From the NCBI GenBank assembly GCA_951406725.2, contig OX597814.1, positions 130,324,001 to 130,388,000 of the forward strand: a stretch of 64,000 nt of DNA. Reading direction: 5' to 3'. The stretch is from Octopus vulgaris. Taxonomy: Eukaryota. Of the stretch, positions 1 to 13,861 are shown one piece after another. The position numbers and the translations under genes were made by a program. Numbering within the stretch: position 1 is the stretch's first letter; each line of letters starts with the position of its first letter. The notes beneath the pieces are model-generated. The model worked only from the letters and a program-made list of their open reading frames with translations. It was not told where the DNA came from and did no database searches.

Positions 1-872
1 TACTTCATTTGATTAAACACTGTAAGTATTACATCAGTTTTAAAATTTGAGCAATCTTCAGCCACATATAGAATTTTCCAATTAAACGGACAATGCACAT
101 TCACCCCATTTGATTTATATGGATAATACCATACACCATTCTGGTGCCTTTCACTTAAGTACCATATTCATCTGAATCTAAATTTTGCTGAATATATACA
201 TATATATAGATATATATATATATAGATATATATATATATAACTCAGTTTGAAGTGGTACAGAAAATTTTATAACTAATGAATAAAGTTAAGCTAGATTCA
301 TTCGTCGTCTTATTAGTTGCATTACATGTTACTCTTCGTAAGAGTTACAAATTACCATTGATGTGTATGCAGTTTCTGCACCAGTGGACATTTTGATTGT
401 TTCACTGTTGGAAGATATGATAGTAGATAGCCAGGAGTCCGATTTCCACATGAAATACACCGATTCCCAATCCTATCAAAACCAGTATTATACACACACA
501 CACACACGTACGTATACACATACACACATACACACATGCGCTCGATGATTTAGGAAAATCTGGTTTGGGAACCAAGTGCTGCGCATTTAGCCCGCAAAGA
601 TGAGCTGGACTCTAAATGTGTCAAAGGCAACTAACCCAGAAAATGGAAAACTCTAATAACAAAGTCTGAAATATGCTTTTCATTGAGTTTGTGGCAAGCG
701 TTTTGCACCAACTTTCTCCTATCAGCATTTTCGAAATGTGTGGATGTTCATACACGACCCTTCATCGCTGGAAATGTTTCATCTGTGTAGGGAGTCTAAT
801 AATTATCATATAAGTTGGTTCAAACAACGGCAGAGTCCATTATGTGTGTGTATATATATATATATATATATA

Positions 873-1277
873 GGCGCAGGAGTGTCTGTGTGGTAAGTAG
901 CTTGCTTACCAACCACGTGGTTCCGGTTTCAGTCCCACTGCGTGTCATCTTGGGCAAGTGTCTTCTACTATAACCTCGGGCCGACCAAAGTATTGTGAGT
1001 GGACTTGGTAGACGAAAACTAAAAGAAGCCCGTCGTATATATGTATATATGTGTGTATGTTTGTGTATCTGTGTTTGTCCCCTATCATTGCTTGACAACC
1101 GATGCTGGTGTGTTTATGTCCCCGTTACTTAGCGGTTCGGCAAAAGAGACCGATAGAATAAGTACTGGGCTTACAAAGAATAAGTCCCGGGGTCGATTTG
1201 CTCGACTAAAGGCAGTGCTCCAGCATGGCCGCAGTCAAATGACTGAAACAAGTAAAAGAGTAAAAGAGTAAAGAGTA
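873..1277 (+). mobile_element. tRNA-derived SINE family A with internal (TA)n/(TG)n microsatellite
   Basis: A-box-like TGTCTGTGTGG (family TGGCTGTGTGG), B-box-like GTTTCAGTCCC, CORE-like TCTTGGGCAAGTG, internal microsatellite, 3' tail (GTAAAAGA)n; near-identical copies elsewhere in the window. Confidence 0.85.
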
Positions 1278-1279
1278 AT

Positions 1280-1362
<83 letters not shown>

Positions 1363-1390
1363 ATATAATATATATTATAAATATATATAA

Positions 1391-1451
<61 letters not shown>

Positions 1452-1559
1452 TTCCCGTATTGTATTCTCTTTTTATTTCTCGTTTGTATTTTTTTGTACA
1501 TGTATTTTTATCGTGTAATTTATCTTGTTTTTCACCCGGCTGCTTGGAATTTTATTTTA

Positions 1560-1745
1560 ATTCTCTCGCAGGAAGGCCTAGTTTTACGATGTGTCCTGTC
1601 TCGCCTTCGAAACACGCTTGAGTCTAACTAGCGACAGCTGATGACCGGGGACTTTTCCTTATTTTCTTGTTATAATTTTATGTTTTTCCCGTTTCTACGT
1701 CCTGTTGTGGTGTCCTGTACTCACGTATATTTATTTATATATGCA
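1560..1745 (+). repeat. Interspersed non-coding repeat ending in GGTGTCCTGTAC-(TA)n (family also at 23460-23680 and 43390-43600)
   Basis: Shared motifs TCGAAA..GAGT..GACARCTGANGR..GGG and 3' GTCCTGTACYCA-(TA)n in three diverged copies. Confidence 0.55.
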
Positions 1746-1814
1746 TATATATATACATGTAGATGTAGGTACGTACATATATGTTTGTATGTATGCATAT
1801 ATTTTAATAATTAC

Positions 1815-1851
<37 letters not shown>

Positions 1852-1859
1852 TTTATTTC

Positions 1860-2020
1860 TCTTTTTTCGTTCTCTCCATTTTTTTTTGCCACTTACTCAT
1901 TTATGTCTTAGAGTACAGGCTCGAAACATCCAAGACTTTACCGTTCTTGCCGAGCGTTAGACAAATACATCTGCTTGTTGTCCTTCGTCTGTCTTCGTCT
2001 TTTGATTTCTGTAAATTTAA
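1860..2020 (+). repeat. Degenerate copy of the GAGC-GTAG-GCTCGAAAC minimal-hammerhead repeat family
   Basis: gagtacaggctcgaaacatccaagact...gagcgtta...atacatctg...gtcttcgtctttt aligns by eye to 22594-22790. Confidence 0.55.
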
Positions 2021-2269
2021 ACTATATATATATATATATAATATAAAAATATTATCCGCGCACTCAGACACGCGCATACACATATCATTGCACATATATA
2101 AGTATCATTTATTTGGTTGGTTTCTTTTTCGTTCTCTTGATCGCACTATATATTCCTGTCTATCTTTTCCCCATTCCTTTCACCTTTTCTGATTTTTAGA
2201 TATTTTCCCAGCAGTAATTGTAGTTTTAGTAGAGGTGGCTTTGGCGTTGTTGGTGGTGTGGAGGTAGTT

Positions 2270-2328
2270 GTAGTATCAGTAGTAGTAGCAGTAGTAGCAG
2301 TAGTAGCAGTAGTAGTAGTCGTAGTAGT

Positions 2329-2395
<67 letters not shown>

Positions 2396-2432
2396 ACAGT
2401 AGTAGTAGTAGTAGTAGTAGCAGCAGCAGCAG
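2270..2432. repeat. (GTA)n/(GCA)n compound trinucleotide microsatellite
   Basis: Directly visible; explains the poly-V/T/Y ORFs. Confidence 0.95.
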
Positions 2433-3358
2433 TTATTGTTGTTGAGGCTGCAGCTGTAAGTAGAGAGTTTGCATTGGCAGTCAGATTTCCATACACACGG
2501 CACCTCCGTATTTCCGACTAAAAAACACAAAGCAAAGGTAAAGAAAGGAAATGAAATAATAGAATAGATGCTGTAGTCATTTAATATCACACAATCCTAT
2601 TAAATTCACTTTAAATTTAAGTTTATTTCATGAGGTGGCTGTTCCACAGTTTAGTTACTTAAGTTACAGCACATGGTCTCCGATCAAATCACTTGCTAAG
2701 CAAGTACATCTCCGACAAATGTATAAAAAAAAATACCTTGGGGGGTAAAGGAATAAATAAATAAATAAATAATAACGTATTTACTATCTAAAAAGAAATT
2801 TTCACAGGAACGAAATGTTGTTGTCTAATGTGACTAAATGTACGTTCTTCTTTATACATACAGACACACTTATACACGTGAACATATGCACGAGTACATA
2901 TAGTCATATACAGATATACGCAAATGTTTTTCGCCTCGTCAGTGCGTTTTCTGAGGAGTAAGTTTAGCATCTGGTTATGATGCTGCAAGAAAAGGAGGCA
3001 GGAAACATGAAGTGTCTCGAGCATTGACATTTTTTGTTACTGGGTAATACAATCATCTGATTGAACTATGCATATATGTGTATATGTACATATGATTATA
3101 AATGTTTACAGATACATACGTACGCGCGCACACACACACATACACATGTCTTGTTGGTGACATAAGAATTTTTTTAAACTTCGAGAGAAAGAGAAATGAT
3201 TCTTTTCCGTAACAGTAGCTGTCTGAGCGGATTAAGGTATAAAAATGGCATGAAAATATTGGGTTAAAACAATCAATTTTATCTATCCAAAAGGGTGTTT
3301 AACCCAATATTTGCAAGCTTGTTTGAGATCCAATGTTCTTCCCCTTAAGAATTTTAAA

Positions 3359-3423
<65 letters not shown>

Positions 3424-3435
3424 TTCAAATCAGAG

Positions 3436-3838
3436 GGCGGCGAGGTGGCAGAAACGTTAGCACGCCGGACGAAATGCGTAGCCGTATTTCGCCTGCCGTT
3501 ACGTTCTGAGTTCAAATTCCGCCGAGGTCGACTTTGCCTTTCATCCTTTCGAAGTCGATTAAATAAGTGCCAGTTACGCACTGGGGGCGATATAATCGAC
3601 TTAATCCGTTTGTCTGTCATTGTTTGTCCTCTCTGCGTTTAGCCCCTTCTGGGTAGTAAAGAAACAGGTATTTCGTCTGCCTTTACGTTCTGAGTTCAAA
3701 TTCCGCCGAGGTCGACTTTGCTTTTCATCCTTTCGAGGTCGATAAATAAAGTACCAGTTACGCACTGGGGTCGATGTAATCGACTTAATACCTATGTCTG
3801 TCCTTGTTTGTCCTCTCTATGGGCAATCAAGAAACAAG
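3436..3838 (+). mobile_element. tRNA-derived SINE family B, internally duplicated (dimeric) copy
   Basis: GGCGGCGAGGTGGCAGAAACGTTAGCAC head, B-box GAGTTCAAATTCC, body repeated from ~3667 (gtatttcgtctgcc...cactggggtcgatgtaatcgact). Confidence 0.85.
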
Positions 3839-4480
3839 TAAGAAGACAAAGAATAAATTTATCACGTCTTTATTATCCTTACCTACAATTGTTTCGTTAT
3901 CACTCCGTTTTTAACACCATTGCACGTAAATGACTCCATATGAACTGTTACGCAATATTTGATGTTGATTATATCGGGGTGGCACTTCATCACACTAGCA
4001 TCAAAACGTTCGCTCTTACGCTGTGCAACAGACATGCATTTTATGATGTTTTCTAAATTAAAATATTTACACACTATTATTAATAACTTAATCTACTTCG
4101 TGTTTAATCTTTAAAAACGAATTGCTTTATAACCCACCAAGTTTCTAAATTTTTTATTTTGGGGCGATGTTTTTATGTATGAAATCGAATAATGTGGCGG
4201 GTTTTCTATTTTATCGGTTCTGGATTGATGAAAGGTAAAAATGAACTTGTCGCAATTTGAAACTCAACAGAAAATACAAAATATTATGTTGTAATAAGCA
4301 TATATATTAAACAATGGTAAACTGAGCTAACATATCAACATTGATTAGGCTGCGTTTTATAAAAGTTGAATAAAAGAAACGCACCAATTTAAGAAAATAT
4401 TTGTAGTAATAACGAAGGCGATAAAGAAGGAATGTGCTTCTAAGATGTATTTTTGTTTTGAACGTTACAGATCTCCAGTA

Positions 4481-4670
4481 AGGCAGCGAGCTGGCAGAAC
4501 CGTTAGCACGCAGGGTAAAATGTTTAGCGGCATTTCACCTGTTCTGAGTTCAAATTCCCCCCAAGGTCGACTTTGCTTTCATCCTTTCGATCAGCTAAAT
4601 AACAGTTGAACACTTGGATCGAAGTAATCGATTACCCCTTCCCCCGACGTTTCTGCAATTTGAAACCAAT
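4481..4670 (+). mobile_element. SINE family B, diverged monomer
   Basis: aggcagcgagctggcagaaccgttagcacg...ctgagttcaaattcc...gtcgactttgc. Confidence 0.75.
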
Positions 4671-5834
4671 ATTAGTGTTCTGCTTTCTCATCATTTTCGT
4701 CATCATCATCATCATTAACATTATCGTCGCCACAACTACCTATATCGCTGTCCCCTTCCCTCCCCACCTCATTAGCTAACACACTAAAGTTTCCTATCTC
4801 TTTTCCATCTCGGTATACTTCGAGTAATTCAATATTAGTCGCAGGTTTCTTTTGTCTATGAATTAGAAAAAAAAAAAAAGAGCAAGAAAGAAAAAGTATA
4901 TATTTCTATGTAAATAGATGCCTGCTTCTGTGAACATCGTTTGGTATCCCTTGGAAACAACAAATGTTCTTGCTATATTCCCATGTGGTAGATTCTTTAA
5001 AAAAAAGCAAAATCCAAAATTAAACAACAGTACAAAATAAAAAGTACTTCACATAAATCTTATGTGACACTTGGAAGAAAATCCTACTCTATAGAAAGAA
5101 TAAAAGTGTTTATTATCAATATCTTCATATTTGCGTAACCCGATTATTAAGTTTCAAGCCAAACCAATTCCTAACAATAAGTATCAACTGTGCGTAAGAT
5201 TCACGAGAACATCAGATTTTACATCTCAATTCCAAAATTTCGTTATAAGCGCATCCTTAAACAAATTTTATATTTCTCTTTTTGTTTGAGGATTCGCACG
5301 TACGGATATAGATACACGCAACGCTGCTAACGTGTGCGCACATAACGATCAAACCCAAACGCACTCAAGCACTCTCAAAAATAAGGCACTGCATGCATTG
5401 ATATCGAAAGAGGAGATTTTGATATGAATGTTATCCAGACAGCACCTGCGCCTGAAAGCATATACACATAAATACATACATACATACATACATACATACA
5501 TACATACATACATACATACGCATATGCGAATTTGTCTGTGTTAACTACATCTCAAAGATGGAGCCTTGTATCTTTGTTGGAAACCGGTTCCCTCCTCAGT
5601 GGGAGATCTATAATTAAAAAATAGAATACACACACACACACATACATATACATATGTATAAGCGATCGTGTGCGCGTCTTTGCATGTGTGTATGTGTACA
5701 TATGTATATATTTGTGTATGTACGTCTGTATGTTGTGTGGTTAGGTTTGTGTTTGCGTAGTATGTCGGTGTGTACTTTATCGGTTATAAATCATCATGTT
5801 ATACATCATATTGGTTTCTGTCTCTCTCTCTCCT

Positions 5835-5866
<32 letters not shown>

Positions 5867-6222
5867 TTCTCTCCCATTTCGGTGTGGACACAGCAAAAGC
5901 AATTATTCCCTGTGCAATATAGACATCAGATATAAGTTCGAATCTACTTCAGGCATAGAATTCTTTAATGCATTTACGAAAAGAGGGAAAAATACCCCTC
6001 CTCCTATGAATCGTATAGAGTAACGTTTCAAATTTAATCCGAACTGAGTATTCTATATTCTTGTATCTATTCTTTCATAAAGTTTTTAATTTCTTTATAG
6101 CTCATTGGTACAGCTCGTAACCGAAAATTAGTGAATTTAAATGACAATTAAGTTCACGTCTCTCTCTCTCCCTCCTCATCACTCTCTGTATATACATACA
6201 TATACATACATACATACATACA

Positions 6223-6258
<36 letters not shown>

Positions 6259-6270
6259 TATCTATATATA

Positions 6271-6306
<36 letters not shown>

Positions 6307-6650
6307 AGATGTACATAAACATTCTTTTTTATGTACATTCCTTTGTGTACACTGATTTGTTCTGCTTTTTTATGTTTAACCCAACAATCTCTTATGTGGT
6401 GGTTTAATAAAGTATGTGATTGAGTATTATCTGATAATTGATATTTGATTTAGATGTATTTCTCCATTTTCTTATCTTGTATTAGTAATTTGTGGCAAAT
6501 CCTTTCACCTTTGCCCATATGATACAGTAAATGAATTGATTGCATCGCAATCCTTAACATTTATGTATTAACTTTGTTGGGTACTTCACTAGCAGTATAT
6601 TGGATATATGTTATCCCATGGAGTGTTGCATTTACAACCCCTATCTCAAG

Positions 6651-6684
<34 letters not shown>

Positions 6685-6851
6685 CTTAGAAAAAAACCCA
6701 CTTTTTATCAATTCAATAATGAAAAATTAAATTATACCATTTGAACATCTAGAAAATTACATATTATAGAAAGATTAAATATAAGATAAAACATATAACG
6801 ATGATAAAGTAAAGTGCAAAATAATAAATAAAACGTATATATTTGGTAGAA

Positions 6852-6955
6852 TAACGACACGTGTTTCGTGGCTATATTTAAGAAATGATTATATTAAAAA
6901 TAATAGTAGTAGTAGTAAAATCACTTCAATATAAATATAGCCACTCATCAGGTTA
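6852..6955 (-). ncRNA. Type I hammerhead ribozyme with canonical core and long stem II
   Basis: Minus strand: TAAC-CTGATGA-GTGGCTATATTTA...TAAATATAGCCAC-GAAA-CACGTG-TC-GTTA; 13-bp stem II, palindromic stem III, GUC cleavage triplet. Confidence 0.85.
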
Positions 6956-7060
6956 AAGATAACTGCAGTAATAAAATAATTAATTAATAAATATACTTAA
7001 ATAAGCTTGTAAGATACAAATATATTCTTTAAAAGAAATATCTATCTATCTATCTATCTC

Positions 7061-7109
<49 letters not shown>

Positions 7110-7135
7110 ATATATATATATATATATATATAGAT

Positions 7136-7285
<150 letters not shown>

Positions 7286-7406
7286 GTATATAAAACACAT
7301 ACGCGATTGACATGGTCGAGAATAATTCTTCAAAGCACCGGGTACTAAAACAGCTTTAGATTCATGGACAAGCGGGATACCTCACTCTGAATCCCATCTA
7401 GGAATT

Positions 7407-7447
7407 ATGGTCATCGATGTTTCGCCATTTTTGTAGCTTGTCAGCAT
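7407..7447 (-). ncRNA. Degenerate hammerhead ribozyme motif
   Basis: Minus strand: ATG-CTGACAA-GCTA caaaaa TGGC-GAAA-CATCGATG-AC-CAT; topology intact but G8 and U16.1 substituted. Confidence 0.5.
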
Positions 7448-7936
7448 CTCGTATCCGACCAGGATCGGAGATGAATCAATTCGCTAGTCCACAACTTATA
7501 TGTTCATAGCGTGCAAAACCATGTGCGGGTATGCCAGGAAAATGAATACGTAAGAATAAATTCACATAAGAAATATAAGCAGCGTTTGTGTAATAAACAT
7601 TATTCAACCACATATACTTAACGTAAACGTGATGTGTATTTGCCGGTAGGCAAATGGAGTGGTGGAGAATACTCTCTCAAAGTACCAGGTGTTGAAACAC
7701 CTTAGAGCCTTGGACAGGTGAGATAGATCGCCATCATTCCCATCGAGGAGTGGATGGTCATAAATGTTTTGATGAAATAATTCATCTCCGAATCTGATCG
7801 GATACGTGATGTTGAAATGCAACAAAAATAGCGAAATTTCGATGTCCATCATCTGTAGATGAGATTGAGGGCGAGTTAACTCGCATATTGTAAGGAGTTT
7901 GATCATTTGGCGTTTTGAGAGAGCATTCTCAACCAC

Positions 7937-7997
<61 letters not shown>

Positions 7998-8008
7998 TAT
8001 ATAGAAGG

Positions 8009-8059
8009 AGCTTCTACAGGACTAGAACTGTTTCATTCAAGAGAAATCTTCAGGAAGCT
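8009..8059 (-). ncRNA. Type I hammerhead ribozyme (left arm of palindrome)
   Basis: Reverse complement of 12934-12984. Confidence 0.75.
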
Positions 8060-8268
8060 AGTTAACAAGAATTGTATTGGCATTTATACATTTAGGCAGG
8101 TTTAAAGGGGTGTTGGTGGGGGACTTTTTGGGGGTAGGCATAGCGCAAAAAATCATACTTGGGGAAGTGGTCAAGGAGTCAGTGTTAAATTAGATAGGAG
8201 AATAAATAAAAAATAAAAATAAAAATAAAGAATAAAAAATAAAGAATAAAAAATAATGAATAAAAAAT

Positions 8269-8299
<31 letters not shown>

Positions 8300-8309
8300 T
8301 ATAAAAAAA

Positions 8310-8349
<40 letters not shown>

Positions 8350-8462
8350 GGGGGGAATAGAGTTTTAGGTAAATAAGGAGATTCTCACTTATACCTCTGC
8401 ACATATGTATACATATATACACACGCATACAAACATATATACATATACATACACACATACAT

Positions 8463-8508
<46 letters not shown>

Positions 8509-8814
8509 TCACACATACATATACATATCTACACATACACATATATATGTATACATACACACACTCACTTGCATACACGTATACACACATGTATATATAC
8601 ACACACGACCACACATACATATACACACAGAAAAATATATATACACATACACACACGTACTCACATACACGCATACACACACAAATCCATACACACACAT
8701 GCACACACAGCACACTAGTCCCTATATACACATATATACACATACACACATATATATACACACACACACATACACATACATACACACATATATATACATA
8801 TATATACACATACA

Positions 8815-8848
<34 letters not shown>

Positions 8849-9266
8849 CATACATATGTGTACCTATGCATACCTACACATACACACATATATATATACA
8901 TATACAAATACAGACCCATTCCCTAATTTTAATTTTATTATCTTCGTTTATTACTTTTGTTATCTTTGGCCGCTTGGTCACAAACATCTTGGCTATGACA
9001 GCCAGACCATTTATCCGTCTACTGGAAAACAAGCACTCATTCACTCACGCACACTCTTTAGCACGTACACTCACTCATTCGTACCCTCATACGCATACAC
9101 GCACGCACGCGTTATATTCATACATACATACATCTACATACATTCACGTATATACACATACGTACGCGTACCTACAGATTCATGTCTACACTCTTAGAAG
9201 GCTAGTCTATACATATACACCAATAAATATAAATACACACACATGCACGTACACCTACATACAAAT

Positions 9267-9333
<67 letters not shown>

Positions 9334-9479
9334 TACTTACATGCATACTCAAAAAATAAGTAAATAGTAAAATATATATACGCGCAGTTATTCATACATG
9401 CATACTCAAAAAATAAATATTAAGTATATGTACGTGCAGTTACCTATTATATAGACGGATACATACATATAATAAACTT

Positions 9480-9536
<57 letters not shown>

Positions 9537-9850
9537 TACACATATATATATATATAAATATATACATACACACATACACCTACATATACACACATACATA
9601 CATATATATATATACATATATATATATATACACACACATACACATACATATACATACACATACATACATATATATACATACTTACACATGTACATATAAA
9701 TACACACATAGATAACTCTACGTACCTACATATACATAAACACACGAGCGTACGCGTATATGTACATATACATATACCCATGCACACGCATATATATACA
9801 TACATACATACACATACACACACACACATACACATATATATACATACACA

Positions 9851-9922
<72 letters not shown>

Positions 9923-10110
9923 TATACATACACACACACATACACACACATATATATACATGTGTGCAAACATACATACATTCTCATACAAGCACACACA
10001 CTTACATTTACATATATACACACACTTACACACATATATATACATACACACATACATATACACATACATATGCATACACACAAATATACATATATACATA
10101 CATACATCTA

Positions 10111-10141
<31 letters not shown>

Positions 10142-10143
10142 GC

Positions 10144-10198
<55 letters not shown>

Positions 10199-10490
10199 TA
10201 TATTTTTTTACATACATACACACACACACACATAATACATGCGTATAATCCTACTATACCCATACAATTCTATACATATATACGATACACATATACAAGC
10301 GTGCACATACAATATGTGAAAGGTCTTAGGAGAAAAGGTAATCGGGGGTGCTAGGGGAACGGTGGGATTGGGGGGTTTTGTGGGTGGGGTGTCATCAATC
10401 TGGTTGCCGGGTAGGTCTATAGTTCTTGTAGTTCGCATACTTCTTATGCATACAATTAGGAGTGTTCTGAGATTTTGTTAAGGAGAGGGC

Positions 10491-10580
10491 CTTAACAAAA
10501 TCTCAGAACACTCCCCTAATTGTATGCATAAGAAGTATGCGAACTACAAGAACTATAGACCTACCCGGCAACCAGATTGA
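10491..10580 (+). pseudogene. Putative C-terminal remnant of a Penelope-like element ORF (LNKISEHSPNCMHKKYANYKNY...)
   Basis: Resembles the LNKRSE..xxCxHK motif that ends GIY-YIG-bearing PLE ORFs; sits at the 5' start of the arm that ends in hammerhead plus AATAAA. Confidence 0.45.
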
Positions 10581-10779
10581 TGACACCCCACCCACAAAAC
10601 CCCCCCAATCCCACCGTTCCCCTAGCACCCCCGATTACCTTTTCTCCTAAGACCTTTCACATATTGTATGTGCACGCTTGTATATGTGTATCGTATATAT
10701 GTATAGAATTGTATGGGTATAGTAGGATTATACGCATGTATTATGTGTGTGTGTGCGTGTATGTATGTAAAAAAAAATA

Positions 10780-10853
<74 letters not shown>

Positions 10854-11039
10854 TAGATATGTATGTATATATGTATATTTGTGTGTATGCATATGTATGT
10901 GTATATGTATGTGTGTATGTATATATATGTGTGTAAGTGTGTGTACATATGTAAATGTAAGTGTGTGTGCTTGTATGAGAATGTATGTATGTTTGCACAC
11001 ATGTATATATATGTGTGTGTATGTGTGTGTGTATGTATA

Positions 11040-11116
<77 letters not shown>

Positions 11117-11343
11117 ATATATATGTGTATGTATATATATGTGTATGTGAGTGTGTGTGTATACATGTGTGTATGTGTATGTATGTATGTATATATATGC
11201 GTGTGCATGGGTATATGTATATGTACATATACGCGTACGCTCGTGTGTTTATGTATATGTAGGTACGTAGAGTTATCTATGTGTATATTTATATGTACAT
11301 GTGTAAGTATGTATATATATGTATGTATGTATATGTATGTGTA

Positions 11344-11392
<49 letters not shown>

Positions 11393-11443
11393 GTATGTGT
11401 ATATGTATGTGTGTATGTATATATTTATATATATATATGTGTA

Positions 11444-11498
<55 letters not shown>

Positions 11499-11644
11499 AA
11501 GTTTATTATATGTATGTATCCGTCTATATAATAGGTAACTGCACGTACATATACTTAATATTTATTTTTTGAGTATGCATGTATGAATAACTGCGCGTAT
11601 ATATATTTTACTATTTACTTATTTTTTGAGTGTGCATGTAAGTA

Positions 11645-11699
<55 letters not shown>

Positions 11700-12477
11700 G
11701 TATGTATTTGTATTTAGGTGTAAGTGTATGTGTGTGTATTTATATTTATTTGTGTATATGTATAGACTAGCCTTCTAAGAGTGTAGACATGAATCTGTAG
11801 GTACGCGTACGTATGTGTATATACGTGAATGTATGTAGATGTATGTATGTATGAATATAACGCGTGCGTGCGTGTATGCGTATGAGGGTACGAATGAGTG
11901 AGTGTACGTGCTAAAGAGTGTGCGTGAGTGAATGAGTGCTTGTTTTCCAGTAGACGGATAAATGGTCTGGCTGTCATAGCCAAGAAGTTTGTGACCAAGC
12001 GGCCAAAGATAACAAAAGTAATAAACGAAGATAATAAAATTAAAATTAGGGAATGGGTCTGTATTTGTATATGTATATATATATGTGTGTATGTGTAGGT
12101 ATGCATAGGTACACATATGTATATATATGTATTATATATATATATATATGTATGTATATATATATGTATGTGTATATATATGTATATATATATGTGTATG
12201 TATGTGTATGTGTGTGTGTGTATATATATGTGTGTATGTGTATATATGTGTATATAGGGACTAGTGTGCTGTGTGTGCATGTGTGTGTATGGATTTGTGT
12301 GTGTATGCGTGTATGTGAGTACGTGTGTGTATGTGTATATATATTTTTCTGTGTGTATATGTATGTGTGGTCGTGTGTGTATATATACATGTGTGTATAC
12401 GTGTATGCAAGTGAGTGTGTGTATGTATACATATATATGTGTATGTGTAGATATGTATATGTATGTGTGAGTGTATA

Positions 12478-12520
<43 letters not shown>

Positions 12521-12633
12521 ATGTATGTGTGTATGTATATGTATATATGTTTGTATGCGTGTGTATATATGTATACATATGTGCAGAGGTATAAGTGAGA
12601 ATCTCCTTATTTACCTAAAACTCTAGTCCCCCC

Positions 12634-12669
<36 letters not shown>

Positions 12670-12933
12670 TATTTTTTTATATTTTTTTATTTTTTATTTT
12701 TTATTTATTATTTATTTTTTTTTATTATTTTTTATTTTTTTTTTTATTTTTTATTTTTTTTTTTATTTTTTATTTTTTATTTTTTATTTATTCTCCTATC
12801 TAATTTAACACTGACTCCTTGACCACTTCCCCAAGTATGATTTTTTGCGCTATGCCTACCCCCAAAAAGTCCCCCACCAACACCCCTTTAAACCTGCCTA
12901 AATGTATAAATGCCAATACAATTCTTGTTAACT

Positions 12934-12984
12934 AGCTTCCTGAAGATTTCTCTTGAATGAAACAGTTCTAGTCCTGTAGAAGCT
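12934..12984 (+). ncRNA. Type I hammerhead ribozyme (right arm of palindrome)
   Basis: AGCTTC-CTGAAGA-tTTC tctt GAAt-GAAA-CAG ttctagtc CTG-TA-GAAGCT: 6-bp stem I, canonical core, GUA cleavage triplet; AATAAA ~10 nt downstream. Confidence 0.8.
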
Positions 12985-13067
12985 CCTTCTATATAATAAA
13001 TTAATTTTACTCTGCTATGTATTGAGTACCTTATTTACTGTGGTTAACCCCGAATCAACCCGGGACC

Positions 13068-13111
<44 letters not shown>

Positions 13112-13112
<1 letters not shown>

Positions 13113-13296
13113 CGGTTGCTCATGTATAACAACCTCCCCCTCTCCACGCTACCGATGATACCAAAGGGAAAGGCATTGGCACTAGTGGCATCGCAACTCA
13201 TTTCTACGGCTTAATGAACTGGAGCAACGGGAAATAAAGTGTCTTGCTCAAGAACACAACACAGCCCAGTCCGGGAATCGAACTCACTACTTCACG
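13112..13296 (-). mobile_element. CORE-type SINE fragment (family C group)
   Basis: Minus strand: gagttcgattcccggactggg...ttcttgagcaagacactttatttcccgttgctccagttc. Confidence 0.65.
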
Positions 13297-13311
13297 ATAT
13301 ATATATGTATA

Positions 13312-13344
<33 letters not shown>

Positions 13345-13403
13345 GTGTGTGTGTATGTATTTATATACATACAAACACATACACACACACATACACACAC
13401 ACA

Positions 13404-13472
<69 letters not shown>

Positions 13473-13861
13473 TATAGATACACACATATACACATTTACA
13501 TTGTGTGGATGTATTTATGTATGCATATATACATGTATATGCAGAAACATATAAACACATATTTTTAAAAAATTTATGTACGTATAATTATATAAATGCA
13601 TATATGCGTGCGCGCGTGCTTTTTTATGCTCATAAATGTTACATAGAGTCGCATCCTTTTACATCAAAAATTAATTTCCTAAATTATAAAATAAAAGTTT
13701 CATAACACTCACACGCGACTGAACTAAGCAGTGCAGTCAATATGACTTTAAAATACCTGAAGTTTCACTTTGAACATCGTCAAAATATTTTATAGTAGGA
13801 GGTTTTTGTTATTCGTTGAAGTGTAGCATGTAAACCAGTGCTCTTCAGCCGGTGTCCATAT

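Larger units (their letters stand above)
7992..13001. repeat. ~5 kb inverted repeat (arms 7992-10483 and 10490-13001, 6-nt loop AGAGGG); Penelope-like element 3' end with inverted copy
   Basis: Centre ...gattttgttaagg-agaggg-ccttaacaaaatc...; unique islands (8000-8200, 8910-9030, 10310-10483) all have reverse-complement partners; hammerhead and AATAAA at the outer ends. Confidence 0.92.

Noticed and set aside
7604-7936. 110-aa non-repetitive ORF next to the palindrome
   Set aside because: No recognisable motif, no ATG start or splice context I can support; probably part of a non-coding element
8171-12598. Many long ORFs rich in Y/I/C/V/H/T (up to 251 aa)
   Set aside because: Translations of (TA)n/(TG)n/(CA)n tracts that lack stop codons; no protein signal
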